Under the pieces are notes generated by a model. The model did no database searches. It saw only the letters and a program-made list of their open reading frames with translations, and was not told the origin of the DNA. Positions 37,697-49,635 of a stretch of DNA of 64,000 bases are shown piece by piece (position 1 is the first letter of the stretch; each line of letters begins with the position of its first letter). Position numbers and translations under genes: made by a program. The stretch comes from Lepidodermella squamata (lineage: Eukaryota; Animalia; Gastrotricha). Where the stretch lies: assembly GCA_047495785.1 (NCBI GenBank), contig JBLDXI010000020.1, forward strand, positions 1,550,001 to 1,614,000, read 5' to 3'.

Positions 37697-37710
37697 GTTG
37701 CCATAGTAAT
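37697..37710. promoter_or_regulatory. RFX X-box-like motif GTTGCCATAGTAAT
   Basis: Close to the X-box consensus GTNRCC(N0-3)RGYAAC; lies ~610 bp upstream of the TEX52-like ATG. Confidence 0.55.
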
Positions 37711-38001
37711 TTTATATTTTTTTGTCAAACAATGACAATTTATTTTATATATCTAATATTAATAACTTAAATATTATCGATCAGAAAATTAGTTTTGGCG
37801 GTATTTTTGCTTTTAGATTTTCGAAACGTTCCGTTTTTTGCTTTTTCTCGTTAGCTTTCATGAAAAAAACGCTGCGTGGCTGAAACTAGGTCTGGAGCTT
37901 TTACCTCTCTCACATACGCGAGATCAGGTTCGCTAATTATATCGCGAATTTACTTCACAGACAAAACTTATGCACGCTTTAGGCTGGTGAAAATTCAATC
38001 G

Positions 38002-38740
38002 ATGGCTGCTTCTGAGCCGATACGTTTAGCGAAGGCGGCGCTTAGAAAAGAGATATCTAACCGATTGCGTCTACTCTCTTCTGAAGAAATCAAGCGCCAA
38101 TCTGGTGTGGTTGTAGAAAAGGTTTGTAATCGCAAACTCGCTACTCCATTGCAACACCATTGGTCTTTTAAATATACGTATCTTAGTTGTTTGCCTCGGA
38201 GGAGTTTGAAAGAAGTAAGCGAGTATCGGTTTATTTAAGCATGGAGCATGGTGAGCTTCAAACAACTTCTATTTTGGCAAAGTTGTTTGCCTCCGGTCGC
38301 CACTGCTTTGTGCCTCGTTATAGCAAGGATAAAATGGAGATGGTTCGATTGAATTCTATGGATGACTATGAAAAGCTGCCTGAAACGAAATGGAAAATAA
38401 AGCAGCCTCATATGGGTGAAGCCAGGGAAAATGCTTTGGACACAGGTTTTTATCGCTCCCGAATACTTGGGGTTTGTTAACGTTGTCTATCCTACAAGGT
38501 GGTTTGGACTTAGTTCTTTGCCCGGGCGTTGCATTCACCAAAGATGGCAATCGTTTGGGTCACGGGGCTGGATATTACGACCGTTATTTACGTGGGTTGA
38601 TTGAAATGATGAAACCCTACAATCAGCGTCCTGTGGTTGTCGGACTTGCTCTTAAGGAACAGATTATTGATTACGTTCCAACAACAGAGCTTGATCTTAA
38701 GATGGACAAAGTATATTATGATGGAATGGAGAACAAATGA
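38002..38740 (+). CDS. MTHFS: 5-formyltetrahydrofolate cyclo-ligase; 3 exons
   Basis: AKAALRKEI, SKRVSVYLSM..ELQT, CFVPRY, KWKIKQP, GGLDLVLCPGVAFTKDGNRLGHGAGYYDRYL. Confidence 0.95.
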
Positions 38741-38861
38741 AAAATTGATAAGAATGGTCAGCATATCATATTTTCGGAAGCAATAATTTTTAAATTCTTC
38801 ATCGATATTTATTGATTTTTTCGTAAATATTGTTTTATTTACTAGAGTTACTTTTGAAATC

Positions 38862-40560
38862 ATGCCGATATTATTTGCACTCGATTCATCATTATCGATG
38901 TTCCTCCCACTTACGAAGGATTCAAACGATACTGTCATTAATGCCTGTAAGCTAGGCATTTCTTTGGGCATTGACTTCTTGTCTACTACTTATCAGAGTG
39001 CTGTCTTAATTGCTGCGGTAATTTGGAAATTAATCACCTATCCAAGGACTTTCGACTGTTTTACCAGGCTGCCTTTTCGTCGGAATTCAAGCTTCTTCAT
39101 TCGTTCTCGCGAGAATCATCAGCTTGCAAAGCTGCTTTGGATGGTATTACGATAGGAGACACCGCCGATGTTAACAATGTCGTCACAGGTGTCAATAAAT
39201 GTATTTCTGAAATCTGGAGTGCCTCTCAGCCCGTAACGGTAAATATCGCATTCCGCAATATTAGCTGCGCTTGACTATTGAATTCTAGGTTGTTATTGTC
39301 ACTGATGGTGGTCTTTCTTTCAACGAGAAACAAGTGCCAGGCTCATCTGCCAGCCACTCAAATTTTTCATTCCCCATTAATCTACACGTCGTCGTGGTTA
39401 ATTCCACCGGCACGACGCCTGACACATCACTGTGGGATAGATTGATTTCTCATCACAATGGCAATGTGCATCTTATTACCGCTCAGAACTCATCTGCGAT
39501 AATATCCGAGTTCAACAAATTTGCGTTTGAAAATCTACAGCTGCCAGCGGTGAAGCTCCAGTTGGGGTGTCTAACCAGTTACGCATCGGTTTACCCCAGT
39601 GCGGCTTTATTTTCGTAAGTAAACCCCAGCGAAAGTCTAGCATCATTAGTATTCTATTTTCTTATGTCATTTCACGCAGAAATAATCTGACAATTGATAT
39701 CGGTGGATTTTTGCCCGCCAATAACGAAATTTACAACGCAGAGGCTTCGTCTCGGTAATTAATTACAATATTTTAATGTTGTTTTTATTATTGTTATCGT
39801 TCAAGTCATGTATTGTTATATCGAGAAAAGGAGCCGTTATCGAGTTCAAGAGAAGATAACATATACGGCTCATTTTTGACTGCGTTTTTCACATCGCTCA
39901 AGCAAGAAAATGCAGTTGCTATATGCCGGTTCAGGTTTGATAAGCTGCTCTAGGTGACTGTCCCTAACTAAAGTCAGTTTTCCTTTACAGAGAAATCGAA
40001 AATCAATTCGCAGTAATTCATGTATCGTCTGAGCAGAAAAAACGACCTGGTCTGAATCTGGCGATTCTAAAGCCTGGCATAACTCCGGTTCAATGGCTGG
40101 GTCCTATTCCGTCACTAACTCTCGCCCCGCTTGCCTCAGCCACACCAGTTAACAGCGTTCGATGCAAAAAGAGCTATAATGACGCATCGTCGTACATTGC
40201 ATGGGGCAAAGCTGAAGGTCTCAAGGTCCAGAGCTAAACCATTGTAGAATTTCGCGGTAATATTTGTCATTTTTTCAGGCTGACGTTCAACGCATTCTTC
40301 GCCTGGCTAAAAAGCTGCCTGACAAGTCATCGTTGTTTTTGAAGGAATTGAACAAATTGCGCGTTTCTAGTCTAACCCTGGGTACCTTAGATCTGCTCAA
40401 CGTTGTAGGCTCAGCCTTGCAACGTGAGGCTAGTACCACAGCGAATGCTGATGGTAAAGCGATGTTGAATTACTGCGCCGATCAGCTGCAAAATGGCCCT
40501 CCATCGCAAGAAATTGAAACAGATGTAACTTACAATCCGAAACAAGTCGCAGCGTCTTGA
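38862..40560 (+). CDS. INTS14: Integrator complex subunit 14 (VWA9); ~7 exons
   Basis: MPILFALDSSLSM, AFSS, VVIVTDG vWA motifs; C-terminal GLK|ADVQRILRLAKKLPDKSSLFLKELNKLR..GTLDLL matches the recalled INTS14 tail. Confidence 0.85.
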
Positions 40561-40631
40561 CGTCTCTATCACATTCTAAAAATCGCAATAAATTCAATCT
40601 TTTTCAATAGATTTTAAACTGTTAATTTGAA

Positions 40632-41817
40632 ATGGCGGAAAAGCTTGTTGTGAAGGTAGACGATGTTCACGGCTTTATTCAGCGTTGCATGACCAAGGCT
40701 GGGTCGACCGCCGATGAAGCAGTTGCAATGGCTGACCTTTTAACTGCGGCTGGTTAGCTCATAAAATTCCTTATTTTTTTTACAAAATAAAATTATATTT
40801 TCAGACCATCGTGGACATTACTCCCATGGTTTAAACCGCCTTGAGATGTACGTTCGCGATATTCTAGCCGGAACTACAGCTTCTGGCAAGATGCCAACGA
40901 TCGAAAAAGAAACCGCTGCCACAGCGTTGGTTAATGGCAATAACCTTCTCGGGCCCGCCGTTGGCAAGTTCTGCATGGACCTTGCGATTCAAAAGGCCAA
41001 AATAGCCGGCATCGGCCTTGTCGTTGCCAATCATTCAAACCACTACGGTATCGCCGGGTGGTACTCGATCAGGGCGTGTGAGGCCGGTCTAATCGGCATG
41101 AGCATGACCAATACATCACCGCTTGTTGTACCAACGCGCGCCAAGGCATGTGCTGTTGGCACTAATCCGATCACTTTAGCTGCTCCGGGTAAAAATGGCG
41201 ATAGTTTTGTACTCGATATGGCAACTTCTGCTGTTGCGCTCGGCAAGGTTGAACTGCAAGCTGTCAAGGGCGAGAAAATGCCCGATGGCTGGGCTTGTGA
41301 TAAAGATGGCAAGATCACCAACGACCCGGTTGAAGCGCGGAAAGATGGAGGTCTTATGCCATTGGGTTAGTGCAAAATATTTTATCGCGATTTTTGAAAA
41401 ATTTCCGTTTTTTTTTAAGGTGGAGGTGAGCTTACAAGTGGCTACAAGGGGTTCGGCCTCGGCATGATGGTCGAGGTGCTTTGCGGTATCTTATCGGGCG
41501 GCGCTTTTGGGCCTTTTGTCCGCAACTGGAAAAGCACTGCCACTGAGGCTAATCTTGGCCAATGCTTCATGGCCATCGACCCGCATGCGTTTGCCGACGG
41601 TTTCGAAGATCGAATGCAGACGCTGATGGACCACTACCGTCATATGGAACCGGCCGATCCTGCTAAGCCGGTGATGGTTGCCGGCGACCCGGAGCGCGCT
41701 CATATTGCTGAATGCGACGCTGCTGGCGGCATTCCTTACCACCCGAATTTGATCACCTTAATGAATCGTCTAGCTGACGAGCTGAAAATTGAAAAAATTA
41801 AGGTGATCAATGCTTGA
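40632..41817 (+). CDS. Ldh_2 (type-2 malate/L-lactate/ureidoglycolate dehydrogenase) family oxidoreductase; 3 exons
   Basis: AD HRGHYSHGLNRLEMY, SNHYGIAGWY, GTNPI, FVLDMATSAVALGK, GYKGFGLGMMVEVLCGIL, VMVAGDPER. Confidence 0.93.
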
Positions 41818-42227
41818 ATCGATCCGGCGTTGTTGCAGTTTATCGAGATATATTACCTGCCTATGAACGCTCTTATTCTTTGTTGAATGATACTAGCAAG
41901 TTTTGTAGGTCTTTTCAAGGACGATAATTGTGCAGTTTCAAATATATTTCTTTCATAGTACTACTGATATTTGTTTCTTCCATGGGTGATCAGTTATTTT
42001 TTGAGATATAAGATATTATCGCTTCCAAATAAAACTTAACGTTTCGATCTGGTGCCTTTTCTGATAATTGACGAGTCGGACAAGTTTCTAGTAACTGTTC
42101 CGGTATGATTCGGCTGGGCATTTGATGGCTTTAGAGACTGCTTCCTGCTTTTTGAGGGATATTATAATGTTAATGATTAATTCGAGGGAGTTCATCCGAT
42201 TTGTTCAATTTCCAACGGTATCAAGTA

Positions 42228-42609
42228 CAGTGTGGCCCAAAAGTTGCGCAACTATTTTTTATTTGGCAATTTTTTGCCGGAAATTCAACTTTTTTTAACT
42301 TAAACCTACCGAGAGAATCTTCCATCTTCTACCCACGATTTTACCGAAGAAATTAAAAATTGACCGGTGAAAACCCGGGAAACCCCGATGGTAACTGGTT
42401 CGGTAATTTTCGGTATTTTACCCGGTTGTGCCAAATTCTCCGGGCTTTTTTAATCCCATTCCCAGGTGGCATACTTGATTACTACTTTCAGGATTTTTTG
42501 AAACTTTCCAAAATTTTTCTGGCCATGAGATGCGACTTCGTCTCTTATTTTAGTTTCTGAGCCTTTTCCCGTGTATTTTTTTTGCTTGCGTAACTTATAG
42601 GACACGCTG
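42228..42609. mobile_element. Non-autonomous Tc1/mariner-type MITE (~382 bp)
   Basis: Imperfect 24-bp TIRs CAGTGTGGCCCAAAAGTTGCGCAA / (rc) CAGCGTGTCCTATAAGTTACGCAA, 19/24 identical; TA on both sides (42226-27, 42610-11); no coding capacity. Confidence 0.75.
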
Positions 42610-43479
42610 TAATTACGGTAATTTTAGACGGTAAACTTAGGACACTTGGGCTTTGCATGTGAATAGCTTTTCAACATCGAACGAAAAACAAGATTTGTTG
42701 TATAAAGTTCCCCATATTTTGAGCTTTCGAATGGCCGATGTACTTGTAGCAATATTTGATTTTTTTATGCTGTGTAACTTCGAATTTTGGATGTCGATTT
42801 GAGACTCTACAAATGATGAGTTCGGGACAAATTTTAGCATAGGCATTCAAATAGCTGTGCTACCTTAATTCGAAAGAAGCATGAGATTTTTGACGATTGG
42901 AGGTGAAATCTGGAGGCGATTGGAGGCGAAAACTTTAAGTTGTGCGGAATGTATACGTAAAATTTGCAAAATCGCCAAAATTTGCTATTTAATCAGTTCC
43001 TCCACCTTATTTTATATGAAATGTTTAATCATGAATATGTTTAATTGGCTTTATCCAAAATATACCGGCTTCAAGTTAAACGCGGTTAAAAACCGGGTTA
43101 AAAAGCCAGATCAAAACCTACAACATACAACAGTGTCCATGGTATCCACTATTGACACGTGCCATCTGGGCTAATTTTGGGTCGCTTACGGATGCGCACG
43201 ATGTGGCGCCTATTTTTGAAACGGAACCGCACGTGCTTCAAACTGGCGTGCGAGCCTTTGACCGGCGGCGCCGGATGGTGATAATAAACACTACATACAG
43301 ACAGACATGAAATGAGGCCGGTGGTGATTAGCCTGACAACACGCGCACAACAAGACAAGGGCGAAGTGATAACCGCTGGTAGCCACAATTTTGTTGAACA
43401 TTTTTAAAACAGTAACATAAAAATAACAAGTTCTGACTTCTTCAATCGCATTTTTTCTCTCCAACTAAGAGCGCAGCCG

Positions 43480-46400
43480 ATGACAACAATGACAGTATTG
43501 AGCATCGGTATGTCGCTTGTGCTAATAGCATCGCTAATTAGCGCCTCACCGACGGCAATTAGCCAAGAATACGAACAACTCCTTGAACGAGCGAGCCGCC
43601 AAGCCCCTGCCTCAAGCGTGGACAGTGACATCTTCGCTGTCGCACGGTGTCGAGTGTCATGCTTACTGTCAGCTCAGCTCAATGCCTCTTCATCGAAATT
43701 TGGCAGCTTGGCTGAATTGATGGAAAACGAGGATCCAACTGCAAGCATGGTTAGTTATATTCACGCCTTTTCTCGCTCTTATTATTTATTTTCTCTTCAC
43801 AGTGCTGGGAAACATGTCAACTTCTCATTGAAAATTGGTGGACGTGGCATTACATGTGCGACCAGTTCCGCCTCTGCGTAATTTTCCTCAATTTTTTATC
43901 GCGAATTTTCATTAAATTGTTTGCTCAAATAGCTACCTGGTTGCCAGAAAGCTTGCGAATTTGTCATCAACCTACGTGAGTCATCTGACCGGAAATTCGC
44001 CCTGGACGATGCTACCGAAAAAAAGAAGAAACAATGCGCCGACACGTCTAATGTTGTAGGATTTTCGAACATTAAATGGACATGTGACGCGCAAGACAAT
44101 TTCCATGGGTGCCAAGTTTCTTGGGCCTACCCGCTGGTTTTGGACTACAAGACGGTCGATTCCGGTTGCCCCGTACCCCCAGAACAGTCGCTGGTTTACG
44201 TTATTTTCTACAACGAACTCGAGGATCCTACCTCGATGGCCAGCGCCTCTGGCTCGACTGAGGGAGTTTTTCTTTACAAACAACAGGTTAGCATTTTTAA
44301 TTTACGAGCCCCTCAGATTTTGACTTATCGCTTTTCTAGACTTATCGGGCAGCTGCGATGACTTTTGAGTCAACAATAGCTCTGACTAGCGGGGATGAAG
44401 TTGTCGACCCATCTGCCCCAGTTGCACCTGGTCAACAGGCGTATTCACAAAACACACCGAAGCGGCATCGAAGTGGATTTTTTCTGCAGATTGTCGCCGT
44501 TTCTTCCCTTGGCGTTGTTTCCAATTCCCAAACTTTGACTATTCGGTCCGGCACTTACGGTCTTTCGCCACCATTCTTCCCAGCGGCTCGCTTAACACCA
44601 ACCGTTATGCTTAAAAATGTAAGTAAACATCAGCTAAGGATTTTGTCCTATGTGCCATTTTTTGTTAACGGATCTAGGTCGATTACGGCTTGACTGCGCT
44701 GCTTAACTGGCGTTATCCCTTGCCGTTCGAAAACAACAGCACTCAGTCAGGATCGAACGAAATCCAGCTGGTCTGGCGCCGGCATTCGTGCAATGTTGAA
44801 CCCACGTTCCCCAATTGCGACTTGGTTTCTAGAACCTGGTCGGTGCCACTTGATTCAACCACTGCTGATGTCGCATTTCTGCTGCCAAATCTAACGTACA
44901 ATTCAGCGTACGAACTCTACGTCGCAATGGCCGGGTCGAACAGCTCACGTGTTACAGTAATTTCGAAGATTTTATTCGAATATCGAAAATACGATGGCTA
45001 TATTTTTTAGATAACTACACCCGGTTGCTTTACTCCTGATCGAAGTTTCCGCCGCTGCCTTCCCACGGCTCTGGCCAAAGATTTGCCAAGCCAAGGAAGT
45101 GAAACAAGTAAGGGCATTGTCGTAATTCCGAGGTTCCCGAAATGTTTATCATTTTCGTTACAGAAAATTTGGTGCTGATTATTTCACTGGCTGCAACTTC
45201 AATTATTGTAATTGGAGCCGTCGTTATTGTCGGATTGCTGATGTACTTTAAGATGTACCGTCAGACAAAGCCGAAAATTATTGTTGACGAACCTGTGATA
45301 CCACCTGGGCTTCGCACCACGGGTTTGAACGAAGACTACTCCGATTACATGGTCAACCCGATTACTAATGGCCTTCATCCTCGAAGCACGGGTCGAGACT
45401 CTGCCTATGACTCATACGTCGGCTCAGGTATGAAATTGCTTGAAAATTTATTCCCGAAAAATATTTATGAAAATGCATCGTAGTTCATCAACTCAGCGTT
45501 ATGGGCATGTACCGTGATCAATGGGAAATTTCCGAATCGCAGCTGAGTGTTCAGAAGATCATCAAGTCATCTGACGCGATCGACTGGTATCGCGGGGTCT
45601 TGGGCCGCGAAACTGTCTGGATTAGAAAGCTCAAGGTTTCAACAACCGAATGGCGAGATCATTTTCTTAACGAGCTCGCTATTTTGAAAATGCTCGAAAG
45701 GCACGCTAACGTGTTAAATGTTGTTGCGTGTATCACCAGTAATCCAACAGTTATGCCGATGATAGTTCTCGAGAACTTTGCTAACTCCATGTCGCTCGCT
45801 CAGTATTGGAGCATTGTTCAACGCCGTTTCATCGTTAAGGATAAAAAATCATCGCCACATCGCCACAAAACCGATGCGATAGTGGCGGTCGATGAAAGGG
45901 ATGACGATGAAAACGAGCCAGATTTGGATGCGTTGATTTTGAGCCTCCAGCCTGCTACTCAGTTGGATTTTGTTCGCCAAATCGCAGCCGGTCTTGCTCA
46001 CATTCACTCACATCAATTTACCCATGGCTGCCTTGAACCGAACATGAGCATCATGATCAGCGTTGAGTCTCGCCTGATAAAGCTGACCGGCATTGGGTCT
46101 TCGTCAAATCTCGCCAAACTCGTTAATACATCGAACCCGGAGTATCACATCGAGCGGTACCTCAGCCCTGAATGTGGTCTGGCTAATCCGATCAGAACGA
46201 AGCAGGGCGATGTTTGGAGTTTCGGAATTATTGTCTGGCAGATGGCCTGCTTAGGTAATTAGCCATGCGCTAGTGAATTTCTCGAAGTAACGCGTTTCTT
46301 TTTTACTCAGGCACGCCACCCTATTTGGAAATTCCGCCCGAAAAGCTTCAACAGTGCGTTTCAAGTGGCTTCAAGCTCGAGCAGCCCGCATCCGCTTCAA

Positions 46401-47106
46401 ATAAATTGTACGTTTTGAAACCCTATGCACCTAAATTGAGAATCCTCGAATTAGGATATAAATGCGGGAGAACTTTGGGCCCAACCTACCTTTCGACACG
46501 CGAAAATGGAAACTTTTCTTTGCTCTGCTAATTCTCTATAAATTCGGTTTTTACGTGGCGTGGGTTAGATCTCCATGAATCTTGATAAGGAAAACCCGGT
46601 CTAAGAAACCGATGAAGTTAGGTCGTAGCCTTGAAGCGCTTTCCCAATACCTTGGCTAGACTGCTAGGTTTCTGGTAGACCGAAAACCGAATATTTTTGA
46701 ATTTAATGGTTACATGGAATTGAACTTGTAATTTTTTAGATATGAACTTCTTCTTCGTTGTTGGGACTCGTTGCCACATCGTCGTCCGTCCTTTCAGGAT
46801 GTGCTACTGGATCTTCACACTCTTCTCAATTCGAACTCTCGCCATATCGACCACAACAAAATTTTATCAGCGCCGATCCCCGCGATGATGATAACACCGA
46901 TCATGCCGGAACCTGCTGTATCCGGGTCGCGTCACTCGCTAAATGAAAACGATGATGACAGTGTGTTCGGCGGATCAACATTGCAGTTGAGCAAAGTTCC
47001 TGAGGTCGCGACAAATCCGTTCCCAGTGCCTCAAAGAAGTGTGAAAATCCGAACGCCTTCCTTCGACGACGCTGTTGCCTGCTCATTCTCAAGTGACCAT
47101 GTATAG
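43480..47106 (+). CDS. Torso-like receptor tyrosine kinase-fold protein with a pseudokinase domain; ~10 exons
   Basis: Signal peptide; Cys box ARCRVSC..MCWETCQLL..W..MC..CLPGCQKACEF; FN3-like segments; TM (LVLIISLAATSIIVIGAVVIVGLLMY); DQWEI; kinase with insert; DVWSFGI, G.PPY, CW..RPSF. Confidence 0.75.
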
Positions 47107-47349
47107 CCCAATAATCTTTTCATCATTATTATTATTTATTGGACCAATTATTCCCGAATTTTTTTGTCTCATTCAATTATTACTGCATTTAAATAACTTT
47201 GTCGTGTAAATCATTATATTTTGTTGACTTTTCCGCTCAGCTTCAAAGCTGTGACTCGTTGTTAATGAATAAAAATACAAATTACATTTCTTCATCTTTT
47301 ATTATCGATCAACGTAACGTTAACGTACAAAAAAGGTTTAAATAAAAAT

Positions 47350-49635
47350 CTAATCGAGGCTTGACCGAGGCGAAACAAACGAGTTATTTGATAACGATGA
47401 CAATCGCGAAGATGAAATTATTGATTCGCTTCGAGCTGGACTTTTCTTAGTGATTCGACCCTCTGTAAATTGACGATATGAATAAGAAATTGAAATTCAA
47501 CCAGAATAAAATCATACCTAGGCATTTTCGATGCGCTGCGAGTCTTTCGAGAGATTTTTGAAGAAAATTTGACCGATTGCTATTTGAAAAAGATAGCTGC
47601 TGGTCAGTAGGAACTGGCCTCAATGTAGAAGCAGTTGGCGGCGTTAGGACGAACTTCGACGGCACATTGCTCCTCGCAGAGCTCATGCCAGATATCGAAG
47701 AAGTCCGACTTGCAACCGAAGATGAGTTCAGCAGCTTGGAAGCTGGGTTCAACATCGGTGACGGCGCTACATTCGGTGTGATGTTCGCTATCGAATGCAG
47801 GTCAGAGAGCCGGGTAAGATTCGATATGTTCCATGGTTTCGAATCGACGCGTTGCCAAACTAGCAACAGAGGTAGAGACTTCAACCAGGCAACATTTGGC
47901 GGATTGGTAAACCGGCCCGAAACAAAAGATTCCAGCGAATCGTATCGCTGCCAGTTATTCACATCTATACAATGAGAAACAAAAGAATGTATAAGAAACT
48001 GTCTACAATATCTATCGTTAATATCAAAAAGAGACCAAAGAGAGAGATGAGATCAAGGAAGGTTTGTTGGGTATAAAACATTTCGGGCCATCAAGAAGCT
48101 GAGGTAAAAAGATAATCAGTCAACTTTGTTTTTAAAACCCTAATTAAAAATAAGAACATTGCGATGTTTTCATGAGAAGAACAAACCGGCAGCTTGCAGA
48201 GAGGACCCTCAATAACGCTAGCGCTAGAACAACGCCTATATAGCATCTGATTAGGACGCAAGGGGCGTTTTGTCACGGTGCAAGTGCGTAAAAAGCACAA
48301 TGCACCGCTAGTTCTAAGCGATGCATTTCATAGAATGGCCCTGAGTGTTGTCATCAGAGAGCTAAGCTCTGCGCTCGAGGAAGGGACTCAATGGCATGCA
48401 CATGTCACGCCTTTACGAGCCCCTGAGTTAACCTGCTCAAAGACAAAACTCGAAGGGAAAGGCAAGGGTCAAAGTTTAAAATTGGAATCATGGGCTTACC
48501 GTCAACACCCACGTCAGAAGAACGACGAACGGCAATCACCATTCGCCTAACATGTTCGTCGTATTTGACAATGGTGGTGAGCGCGTATTTCGCCGAGGAT
48601 AACGAGTCGCTCCTTTCAAAATCGACCATCAATGGCTCATTAGAGGAACTGATGGTTTGCGATGCACCTTCGTGACAGCATATCACGAAAACGTCAGATA
48701 GCCTATTTGGTTGCAAGCGTCATAGACGAATCATTATGACAAGAACAACAACTTACCGAGAAATATTCGTCAACACTCTTTTGTTTGCGGATCCGCACTC
48801 ACCGCAAGAATCGAGGCCCGCAAATTCACACATGTTACGAGCAGAGATGAAAGACTTTAGTTGAAGAGATGTGGCGTTCGAGTTCCAGCTCTGGCTGAAA
48901 CCACAATCGTCACAGTTCGCAGAATTGGATGATTCCAAACGAAAGCAGGATTGAGCAGATGGCGCGTCGGAAAGTAACCTATTCATCAGTTGGTTAAGAC
49001 GAACAGGGATTGACAGCTTGTTATTGTTGGGACGGAAGTAGACAACTCTCTGTTTTACATAAAATTAATCACCATTGAAATAACAGTGATAATAGACCTA
49101 CCTCTGATAATATTTCGACCAATTTGCTAGCAAAGCTGGATCCGTTGGTTCGCGCCATGCTTGTAGCTTTGCTTATTTCTCCATATATGGCACCGATAAC
49201 AGACGAGTCAAGTTGGTTTGCTTGATTTTCCAAAACCCCAATACATAGGGTTGTCATCAGAGCGACGTTGACTAAGGATAGATTGACAAAATCTTCGTCA
49301 ACTTCTGATGCAATAGATGGAGCAGAGAAAGAGGGGGTGGCATTTCTCGACGACGGACCAGAAAATGATGCAGCTGATGAGGAAGAAGCATTATTAAACA
49401 GCTCGGCAAAAAACGGGTCTTGGGACAGCTCGTTGAGCGCGCCAGTGGCCGCGTCGGTGTGCTGGTTAACGATGAACTTCGAGAGATCTTCTGTCATCAA
49501 GGGGAAAGTGCATTTCGGACTGGAACACATGTAAATTGTTTCTTCCAAATTCAGAAAACAAGGACGAAGAGGCGCCCCACACAATTTGCAGGGCTGCAAT
49601 ATCTCTGATGAATTGAAAGTCATGATGCCATGCAT
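47350..49635 (-). CDS. USPL1: USPL1-like (SUMO isopeptidase C98 fold), apparently non-catalytic; 5 exons (49635-49102, 49049-48757, 48702-~48500, ~47964-47519, ~47463-47350)
   Basis: N-terminal CxxC..L....NLEETIYMCSSPKCTFPL module; C98-type zinc pairs CDDCG and CGECGS; Y.L..IVKY..; W..YDSL; LLLVWQR. Confidence 0.7.

Noticed and set aside
40632-41817. Ldh_2 dehydrogenase as a bacterial horizontal transfer
   Set aside because: It has two normal introns and the family is widespread in invertebrates; nothing in the sequence suggests recent HGT.
46597-46682. Imperfect inverted repeat in the last Torso-like intron
   Set aside because: Interrupted stem with a large loop; no TSD or second copy in the window.
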